This document shows, piece by piece, positions 53,716 to 64,000 of a stretch of DNA of 64,000 nucleotides; the stretch's first letter is position 1; each line of letters opens with the position of its first letter. A program made the translations under genes and the position numbers. The notes beneath the pieces were generated by a model. It was given only the letters and a program-made list of their open reading frames with translations. It did not search any database and had not been told where the DNA came from. Origin of the DNA: Callorhinchus milii (taxonomy: Eukaryota); NCBI RefSeq assembly GCF_018977255.1, contig NW_024704742.1, forward strand, positions 123,010,001-123,074,000, written 5' to 3'.

Positions 53716-55124
53716 ACCTAAACAGGCCCTCAGTTAGCTTCTCATCTGAAGGACGGCACCTCCAACAATGTTTATTCCTTAGCCTTGATGACAATCTTGA
53801 CATGGGGCTTGAATCCACAACCTTCTGATCCAGAAATGAGAATTCTACCAACAGAACCAAGCTTACGCACTCAGGGACTTAAGCATCCAAGTCTGAATTT
53901 AAATGAATTTCCAAATGAAATTATTTGTGCAGCTTTTACTTTGTTTAACGAATAACTAAAAATTATAAGCTCCAACAGACTTTTGCTGTTTCTTTTTGTT
54001 TGAAGTACTTTTCCTTTAAGCAGCAGATTCTGGTGACCTAATTAAGGGAATTATCTGGGAGGAGTTACTGAGTTTGAATGTATGAATCGGTTGAATTAAC
54101 ATCTGCAGTTACAATCCTTAAACCAGGGTTTTTCTGTGATCTGATTCAGACTGTATGTTAATTCAACTTCCTTATTTTGTTGATTACAGCATTTCCTGTC
54201 ACCAAGGATAACATCTTCTGTTGGACTTCTGAACAAAAATATTTTAAAAATTGAATAAAAGGATGCTCTGAATTCTTTTAATTTATGAACACTGTTTTTT
54301 TTACAAAATAATATTTACTTCTATTTTTTTGGCCACTTTTCTCATAAAACCTAAAAGCATTTGACCTCTATTTTCCCTTTTGCTGGGGGTAAATTTGCAC
54401 ATCTCCCAAGTGGCCATTACATCTGTGTGTGCCCCGATAGGATATTTGACAAAGGGAGGCATCACACCCAAGCCTAATTCTATCCTTATTCAATGTCTAA
54501 AACTGCACGTTCCAGCAAGGATCTCTGGATAGAGATCAAGAGCAGTAACCCTTGCTGAAGCCAATTGTAGCCAGCTGCAATCAAACAAGGAGAAGAATTG
54601 AATCTCCAACATTTGGTCTGTATCACCGAGTGTTGTACCGGGCAGTAACTAACCTTAACCTGGGAGCTTGTTTGTTTTTATATTCCTAACAGGTTATTCA
54701 TTTCAATAATAGAATTTCACTGCAACAAACATACAAATTGAATGTTATTTGAAGAATAAAGGGAAACAATAATGAGATATGCGACTGAGAGTTTGGCATG
54801 TGCAATTTATTTCGCAGTGAGGGTGATTTTATTACCCCATGATTGATGAATTTATGGGTGGTAATAAAAGTCTTCCATGAATAAACTCAGAATCCAATTG
54901 TTTTTTTATTATTATGGATTACGTTTATATTACAGATTATTGAACTTTAATTGTAAAATGGGGCATCAGGCTGAGGTAGTCAAGTTAATTTCAGAGGTTG
55001 TTATAACATGAAAAATCATATTTTACTGCAATGCAGATTGATATTCAGTGCTTATTATCACATATGTGGTATAAAAACAAATATTGAAATGCAGATTCTT
55101 TGTTTTTACTGTTATTCGTCACAC

Positions 55125-55422
55125 ATCCTTCGGTTGAGACGTTAAACCGAGGCCCCATCTGCCTATTTAGATGAATGTTAAAGATCCCATGTCACATTCA
55201 AAAGGAGAAGAAGTTTCTCCTGGTGTCCTGGCCAACAATCCCTCAGATAAAATTGGTCACTCACTCCGTTTGTAGAACATTGCTGTGTGCAAACTGGCTG
55301 CCGCATTTTGCCCACAAAATACACGGTCAATCCACTTTACAGTATATCCTGTGAAACACTTTGAGACATATTGATGTTGTGATGAAGCACTATACCAATT
55401 GCAAGGATTATTATTAATAATA
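55125..55422 (+). mobile_element. Deu-domain SINE (SacSINE1/AmnSINE1-like) body and tail
   Basis: ccttcggttgagacgttaaaccgaggcccc...aaagatcccatg...tcctggtgtcctggccaac matches my recollection of the Deu domain. Confidence 0.8.
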
Positions 55423-56683
55423 ATCATATAAATTATTTGGTTCAAAGAACTTTTCACACATTTCTTTACACTATAAACTTGAATATTAAAAAACAAATTT
55501 TTGTATTACATTTTACATATTTTATTTTAAAGCTAGATGGCACAGATGATGAATATACCTAAAGCAAATTAAATTACACATTTAAAATCCAGTTGCGTAA
55601 CATCTTCCAAATGCTGTAGGGCAAATGCATTGTCTATATAGGGTAATGCAGCTGAATTTGCTGAACAGGCTGAAAACAGGTCTCTTTAAGTTTGTTCTTT
55701 CATCTAATTTTAGCTTCTTGCTAGGGTTTGACCTGGGTTTGCTCAAAGTTAAAATAGAATCCCAGAGTAACCGGGTCAGTTTCTACAACCAGAAGAGTGA
55801 GAGGGGATGGGATGTTTTCTGCTGTTTGCATGGGGTCATGCAAAGGCCACTAAGATGAATAGTACTTGTTTTTAAAAGTATCATAAGCAGTTGTCTCAAG
55901 ACCTTCCTCTTCGACCGCACCTTCGGTCACCCTCCTACCCCCATTCCTCCACCCCTCGTGATCCTAAACCTCAGCTCGGATGCACATCCTTAACTGTCCA
56001 ACGCTTTGGGGTGCCATTTGATGTTATTGTTATGTACTTGCATCCTAAGAAGATCAACCAATTTTATATATTTGCTCAGTAAAGGTGAGCTGCTCGTATC
56101 AGGATCAATCTAACAATGCAGGTTGAAAGCTTAAATAATTATTTAAAAAAATATTATTTTAGGTCATTTAAGAATTACAGAATTACACACAACATTATAA
56201 ATACTAAAACTTTGTCGGCTCAGTAATTGCGCTGCCTGATGTGAAACTGACAAACACAGACCTGGAAAGATCCAGCCTCAATCCCCACTCTGAGCTGGAT
56301 TCGCTGATGATAAAGAACATTAACAGACTTGATCACTATCCCATGATCTCTGCTGGAAAGAGGTGTTTGGTCAATGAGAAAGAAAAACATTTCATCTTTA
56401 TCACATGTTTCGCCCACAATATGTACAGTCAATTCACTTTACAGTATATTCCGTGAAGCTCTTTGAGACATCTAGAAGGCGCTATATCAAATGCAAGGAT
56501 TATTATTATTATTAGGTATCAAGTTAAACCATTGCAAAATACTTCACAGTAACTAATGTCATGTGTACGTATTCCTTTTTTACAAGCAAGATCAGGCTGT
56601 GCTATGCTATCCCCATGACTGAATTGTCTGCAAATACTCATCATGAAACCATGGTTGGTACCATCAGAGGCTGAGGAGAGGAG

Positions 56684-57094
56684 ATAATAATAATAATAAT
56701 CATAATAATAATAATAATCCTTGAATTTGATATAGCACTCCATCACGTCTTCGAGACATCTCAAATATCCTTCACAGGATATACTGTGAAGTGAATTGAT
56801 TGTATATTTTTGTGGGCGAAACGCGGCAGCCAATTTTGCACAGCAGTGTCCCACAAACAGTTGTGGGATTGAGTGATCAAATTATTACTTAAAACTATTT
56901 TTTTGAAGGGATTTTGATCCCCAGAAAAACGATCCGCCAATTGACTAATAACTGGGTTCCTGCTTACTGCTTGGTAAACAGAGTCGTGTGGAGTAACAAA
57001 ACTTGCCTAAGGTTTTGCCCTGCCTGGCTGGGAATCGAACCTGGCTCCTCTCGCTTGTGAGGCGAGTGCTCTAACCACTAAACTACAGGACTCC
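56684..57094 (-). mobile_element. tRNA-derived SINE, long form
   Basis: Head at the right end, internal extra segment, long (ATT)n tail. Confidence 0.93.
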
Positions 57095-59923
57095 ACAAAT
57101 GACCAGTGTGTACGTGTCAGAGATGTGGAGTGGCTCATATGTTGCAAACACCCTGTACAAATCTGACTTTGTTGTATCTGAATTCGGATCTGGGTAGGTC
57201 AAGGAGGAAAGGGATGTTAGGAGATATTGATATGCACAAATTGGTTGCCATGTTTGCTTACAAATACACAGTTTAAAATAAATCCTTTGAGCATTTGTAC
57301 ACTATTGGTACATTTCTTTATTTATTACACATTTGCGTACTGGAGCAAGGTTCCTACTATTAATGCTATGATTCTCAGTATATCTTACATTTTCAAAGCA
57401 GCCATATTATTGGTCATGGAAAGAGATAGTCTTTTAACTGTAATGTACATGTGTAAGTATGTGAACTATCTTTCTAACTATAAATAAGTTTGTAGCTGGG
57501 TAATGACTGTGATTGATATAGAGAGGAATAGGTAGGTAGATGTGTGTTACAAGACAGGAGGTAGGTAGGTAGATGTTACAAGACAGGAATCATTTGAAAG
57601 GTTCAGATGACATCATGTACAAAATGAGAAAAACTCAAATGTTTCATTAATGTGATTTCAACCTATATTTTACACAAAAACTGAAGCAGATACCTGTAAC
57701 CTGTAGCATGAGATCAATACTGTACTTTGACCTGCTGAATGATTTTTAAAAAAAGCAATGTTATAGAGCAATGCCCCAATGTTATCCTTTCTTCTCCTGA
57801 CGCACTGATTGACCTATGCTAGAATTTGGTTCCATGGGTGTGAATGACTCTCTAATACTGTGGCCAAATGGTAATTTTCACGTGTGAGCATGGGCAGTAA
57901 GTGAGGGTATTTAATCTTACAAGTATTGTCACAAAGCCCAATCCTGCCCTAAACCAATGGCCGCATGAACATAAACACACATATATACACACAAATGACT
58001 CTTTCCCCATGTGTACATGTAGCTCCAGTAGGAGGTCAGGAACTACAGCTAATACTTCCCCAACTTAGGTCCAGGTGGAATGATGGCAATTGTTGTGCTC
58101 CTATAGCTGTCCCATTTGTGTTTACTTGGCTGAGCCATAGAGCAGGGATCTATTGCTTAGTTCCTTCTAGGGCAGTGCACTTATCAAATGCCTAATCAGG
58201 GGAAGTCATAGCATGTGATATGAACTGCAGCCTTGTGAATGTTCAGTTTGCTCATTTTTAAAGGGAAATAATACACTTTATACTATTAAACAGTAGAGAA
58301 AAACGGGTGCTTGAGGATGAACATTTGGAATTTGCTCTCAGCTTCAGTGAAATTTGGGAGATCCAATCACAAAGTTCAAGTTCACTGTCAGGTCACTGCT
58401 CTGAAGCCAAGGTTAAGAGCAGTTAAAGCTTGAAACAATTTGGCTTCACCTGGAAGTTCAAAGGCCTGACGACCATCTCTAATTCCAATTGTCTATTCAT
58501 TTCCTTCTAATAAGAACCGCATATGTGCAAGCCAGAATCGATTATGTAATTTTATCAATCCAAAACAATGGATTAGATGCTTATCACTAAATGGGATATG
58601 GAACTAAAATGTATTCGTTCTAGGAATTTACAATACTTTACTCACAAAATATAATAATAATAACCCTTGCAATTGATAAGTGCTCTGAGACGTTACCAGC
58701 ATGAAAGGCATAATACAAATGCAAGTTTTTGTTGCTGTGATTGTTGTTGCTATAGCTCCTTATCACATCATGAAGATGTCTCAAAATACTTCATAGCATA
58801 TACTGTAAAGTAATGTGACTGTGTGTATTTTGTGGGCGAATATCTAAATGCTGTCCATCCATTTTGTATTTCCACTGTACATGTCTGAGTCAGAGGATCC
58901 TATTCCCTGGTGAAGTTGCTTTAACCTTTTCTGAGATATCTGTGTAACTTGGCAGAATTGCATTTTGGCTACAGATAATAGATTTTACAGGAAGAGCTGA
59001 AGGGAGTTCCGATTTGACTTTGATAGTCAGAGCTTATTGACTATGTTTCACTAAAAGCAAGTATCACACCCTGCATTCTCCACTGGCTGAAGATTTCTCA
59101 AAATGGAAACTCATTTTTTTCAGTTTGGTTGACAAAAGGAAAGGCAAATATTTTTAATGTTTCTGAAATCAAAGAAGGTTGCTAAGACCCTAAAAATATT
59201 GCACATCATAAATTATACTAGTCAGTAGCCACAGGTCCATTGCAAAAAAAAGCCATCTGTTTGAACCGCTGACAGTTGCGTTTTCAGCCCTCACACAGAG
59301 ACTGTCAGATATCTTGTAGTACACAGATTGATGGGAGCATAGTTGAAAAAAAGTATCGGTGAGTTTTACTACAAACTAAGATTTGTGTAAAATTAGGACT
59401 GACTTATCATTAATGTTTTGGAGTGTTCCAGTTACGATCAACAACAGAGTCTGGATTCCGTACGATTCTATAAAGTTCTAACTAAGGTTTAATATTGTGT
59501 ACTGGATAGTGGAAATTCATTTAAGTATTCATATACTAGCACATATACTGTAACATGTCATACATAAATCTGTGGTCTGTGATAGCCCATGGAAATTATA
59601 ATGTCAAATGTCTATAATGCAGGTTGAAGTTGGGTTAAACTTGATAAAAATAATATCCCAGACTATCAGCTCAACCTTATATCAGTAGAGAATGCATGAC
59701 ATGGATGCATGAGAAGAGAAAGCACTACAGAAGCTAAAAAAAATAAAGGTAGGTAAGTGTTTGTCCCAGATTGCAAGTCCTACCACACAATATGAAAGCA
59801 TAGATTTTGCCCTTCCCTGCTCTGGGATTGTATTATTTCTGTAGAGATGAATGCAGTTTCTTGTTGTTTGCTGATATTATCGTAAAAGAAATGTTGATCC
59901 TTTCCAATATTTTATTAGAGTTT

Positions 59924-60122
59924 AACAACAACAACAACAAGATTCCATTTATTGAGCGCCTTTCACGTCGGGAGGACGTCCCAAGGCGCTGTACAGTTGG
60001 GTCAGGACCCGAGCAGGGGGGAAATGGTCAGGGGGAAGGGAGGGAAGGGAGGGAGCGAGGAGGGGGTAGAGAGTCGAAAGGGGAGCTGAAGGCACGGTCA
60101 AAGAGAAAGGTCTTGAGACCGG
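59924..60122 (-). mobile_element. L2 3' UTR fragment
   Basis: Closely similar to the reverse complement of about 3057-3248. Confidence 0.92.
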
Positions 60123-60364
60123 TATATTACTCATAAACATTAACCTTAAAGATGATACTGATAGGCAGGCACATGTGCTCCCAGCTGGCCTGTGGGCAAG
60201 TGCAGGATTTCGGGAGGTCAAGTACTGTATTTGCAGGGCTGGTGTTTGTCGCGCAATTTCAAAAAAGGTCTGCTGTCTCTGGAAAAANTAGCATCTCTAA
60301 GTGTTAGCTTACTTCAATATCGTAGTGTGACATACAATGGTTCAGTTTGTAAACGCAACTCTCA

Positions 60365-60720
60365 GTGTGATACTGAGCAATCTAGACCAGGAATTATGTA
60401 ACGTTGATTCAACTGTGCTGAATTAGCCACTGTCCAGGGTGGCAGCAGGGACTCTACAGTTGACCTCAGCATCTCACCTTTGGGCTACCAAAGGGGAAAA
60501 TTAGTCAAGGTTTCTGTTCCTGATCACTATGCTGTAACATCGCCTGCAAAATGCACATCAAATGGTTATCTCAAATAGATAGGATCGGGCTTGGCTGTGA
60601 CGACCCATGCTTGACTAACCTGCTGACACTCTGTCTAGGCTCACACACGAAGAACAGCCAGTTGGATGAAGTGCCATAGGGCTCCCTGGTGCATGTAGAA
60701 TTGTACACTTGTGTGAGTCT
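60365..60720 (+). mobile_element. Ancient SINE (AmnSINE2-like by recollection)
   Basis: aggatcgggcttggctgtga...ctgtctaggctcacacacgaagaacagcca recurs in diverged form at about 28200-28390(+), 44265-44420(+), 52495-52560(+), 54400-54560(-), 57860-57980(-), 14165-14230(-). Repeat status is clear; the name is uncertain. Confidence 0.65.
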
Positions 60721-62287
60721 ACATTAAGTAGAAGAGAATGAGGCATTAAAAAGTAACATTTCAGATATAAATCCTGAGATTTTCTTCACACTACCTTTAT
60801 CTAAAAATTGCATTTAAATGTTGTGAAGCTCCACATTTTAAAGCAAAAAGTTTTATCTTTGTTTTCAAAAGTTTCCAGTCACTGAGTACAGAACTGTGCT
60901 CATTCAGCTTTCCAGATCTGTATGCATACACCAACAAAACAGGACACTGCTGCCCGAAGGCAGTCAGGAAGGATCTGTTATTAAAACACGAAGCCTAACC
61001 TAACCCTGTCTGGAAAAACACAGACCATATGACCATTGGAATTTTTCAGAGCAAATAACCTCTAAAATGGCATAGACTTCATGAAAAACCTAACTTTAGA
61101 AAACTAGGGTGCAATATGGGTTTATAGAGGGAACAATGCAATACCTGTCACTGTTGTTACATGTTGCATATATTTTCATATACGCTTGCCCAAAACAATT
61201 GCCTTTTTTCCTCCAAAAAAATTGTGTTATAATCAGATATGAAAATGAATGGATAATGGAATGAATGTGCACTATTGATAGGCTGAATTTCAACGTGCAT
61301 GACCAGGTTGACAGAGAGATTGCACGAAACACAATGCCAACATTGTACACTACAAAATTGCTATTTTCTAATCTTCAACAATTGTGTTTGTCTCAGATGT
61401 TCAGTTTGCTATCGTAATAAAAATGGAATAGTTTGTAACTGATAATTATTTTGACAATATAATGGAGAAAGCACATTTTTCTTGAAGATTTTATTATCAG
61501 CAAATTAAAGGCTCAGAATTACAGGCATTGCATACCATAATAATAATAATCACTATATTTGGCACAGCGCCTTTAACCTCAGGAGAAAGTCTCTAAGGAC
61601 TTTATAGGCTGTACTGTAAAGTGCAGTGACTCTATGTTCTCTGGGCAAATGTAGTTTGACCTCAGGCTAAGAAGTGTACATTATTCTGCAGTACATAATA
61701 ATAACAAATAATATAAATAATATTAATCCTTGAATTTGATGCAGCGCCTTATCACGTCATTGAGATGTCTCAAAGCGCTTCACAGATTTGCTGTAAAGTG
61801 GATTCACTGTAAATTTGGGGGCGAAATACACATATTGGTGGCATAAAAGTTGAATAGAAATTAAAATTGACCTAATTTTCATATGGAGGAGTTAAAGATT
61901 TCAACAAGATGTCTCTTGGATGGCATGAAAACCACTTCCCTGGGATTATTCAACAGGCACTGTTTTAACAGATTGATGTAGGCCAGTATCCCCAGAAAAA
62001 CATTTGCTGCATGAAACTGATCTCCAGTAAGTGGGAATCAAAGACTTTCATTGCAAGGCCCAGGGCTTTTCAGCTGGATTTGGACACAAATGTTATATAA
62101 GTGGGTTTGGGTAGGTATTTCAAAACACCTTTTAACCTCCTTCCTCAAATAAGAAATGGAATTTGTTTAGGAGTAATACTGACCTAATTTTTGAACAAAT
62201 ATTTTCAAACACACAATACATTGACTTTGGCTTACCTTGGTGGAAACTGCTCAGCACAGACATGGGACCTTCCTGGTTTATACTGTA

Positions 62288-63719
62288 CTCCCTGGACCCC
62301 ATCCCCACCCCTCTCCTTAAATCCCAGCTCCACCTCCTTGCCCCACTGCTCACCGATATCATTAACCTCTCTCTGACATCTGGCACTGTTCCTTCCCCCC
62401 TCAAAACAGCCACTATCACCCCCAACTTGAAGAAGCCTTCCTTCGACCCATCGTAGCTATCTAGTTACCAGCCCATCTCAAATCTCCCCTTCCTATCCAA
62501 GGTCCTTGAGAGAGCCATTGCCTCCCAGCTTCGCTCTTTCCTCTCCTCTCACTTCCTCTATGAACCCCTCCAATCGAGTTTCTGTGCTGCCCACAGCCTC
62601 CACTTTATCGTGGCAAACGGCTTCTCCTCTAGCCCCCGCATCATCTCGTGCGGTGTTCCTCAGGGCTCTGTCCTCGGTCCCCTCCTCTTCACTCTCTATA
62701 TGATCCCCCTTGGTGATGTCATCCGCAGACATGGGGTAAAGTTCCACATGTATGCAGATGACACCCAACTCTACCTCTCTGCCTCCACCCTGAACTCCAG
62801 GAACACTGGTGTCCTGACCGATTGCCTGTCCGACATCGTCCTGGATGAGGGCCAACTTTCTCCAGCCCAATGTCAGCAAGACCGAGGCCTTCTTGATTGG
62901 ATCGTGCCAGTGCCTCCGCACCTCAAGCGCTGGCAGCATCAGCCTCCACGGCTGCACACTCAACCTCACTAAGCCAGTCAGGAACCTGGGTGCCTTGTTT
63001 GACCCTGAGCTGTCCTTTCTCCCCCACATCCGTGCCATGACCGGCACTGCCTACCACCACCTCCGCAACATTGCCATACACCGCCACTGCCTCACCCCTC
63101 AAGCTGCCGAAACCCTCACCCATGCATTCGTCACATCAAGGTTCGATTACTGGAACTCCCTCCTCATAAGCTTTCCCAACTCTTCCCTTCACAAGCTGCA
63201 GATCATCCAAAACTCTGCAGCTCGTGTACTCTCATGCACCAGGCTCCATGACCTCATCATCCCACCCTCGACCGACTCCACTGGCTCCCTATCCCCCAGA
63301 GGATCGAGTTCAAGATCCTCATCCTCACCTTTAAGGCCATCCATGGCATTGCCCTCTCCTACCTCTCTGACCTGCTGACTCCCTACCAACCTGCCTGCTC
63401 CCTCCGTTCATCGGGCTCTGGCCTGCTCCATGTCTCTGCCCTACCATCGGTGGCCGGGCTTTCAGTCTCTCTGCCCCCACACTCTGGAACTCCATCCCAC
63501 GGTCCCTTTGCCTCGCTTCCTCCCTTGCCTCCTTCAAGGCCGGTCTCAAGACCCTTCTCTTCGACCGTGCCTTTGGTCTCCCTCCCACCTCTCCGCCTTC
63601 CCTCACCCCTACATCACCCCTCCCCCATGCTCGGGTCCCGACACCTGACTGTTCAGCGCTTTGGGACGTCCTCCCGACGTGAAAGACGCTCTATAAATGT
63701 AATTTTATTGTTGTTGTTG
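62288..63719 (+). mobile_element. L2 LINE RT and 3' end, internally deleted and frameshifted
   Basis: [25 protein letters not shown] motifs; part of the RT is missing near 62598; (TTG)n tail. Confidence 0.95.
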
Positions 63720-64000
63720 TACAACACAAATTGCGTTTATATAGTCAGGAGGATGTCTTAAAGTGCTTAACACTGCTAGTTGGGCACCCAAGATGGGGCT
63801 GGAAGTTAAAGGGTGTTGGGAGGTGTAAGATGGCTGAATGCACGGTCAAAGAGGTATGTCTTGAGACGAACATTGAATGACTTCTAACCTCCTTTTTCTT
63901 CTTGTGAAAATCCTCATTTTATCATCTCTTGTGACCAACTTGCTGATCAATAATTGTCTCTATTTATCCTTTCAAGACAATCATAATTTTGAGAACTTCC

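Noticed and set aside
50470..64000. A divergent gene upstream of MAP3K1
   Set aside because: No exon-like ORF with a recognisable product; identifiable content is repeats. Small or non-coding exons cannot be excluded by eye.

Overview
Vertebrate genomic DNA, most likely a cartilaginous fish. This is inferred from the repeat complement (CR1 and L2 LINEs, Deu-domain SINEs, a shark-type Penelope-associated element); the fairly short introns would fit a chimaera. The window holds the 5' part of MAP3K1 (MEKK1) on the minus strand: coding exons 1-11 (48601 to 585; 1982 coding nt; all GT-AG and phase-consistent), a 32.5-kb first intron, a CpG-island/GC-box promoter, and about 15 kb upstream where I found no gene. 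The kinase exons lie beyond the left edge. The rest is retroposon-rich: one ~2.75-kb decayed CR1, many L2 fragments, several structural variants of a tRNA-derived SINE, older SINEs, two tiny Tc1/mariner-type MITEs and a G-rich minisatellite. I see no convincing new protein-coding system. The best leads are: a young SINE subfamily whose 3' stem-loop matches the local L2 exactly, a GC-shifted SINE copy at the promoter, inverted SINEs bracketing in-frame exons 3-5, a decayed hammerhead motif, an ETS-rich palindromic element and a possible alternative first exon. Repeat family names and human exon sizes are recalled from memory, not from searches; repeat boundaries are approximate.
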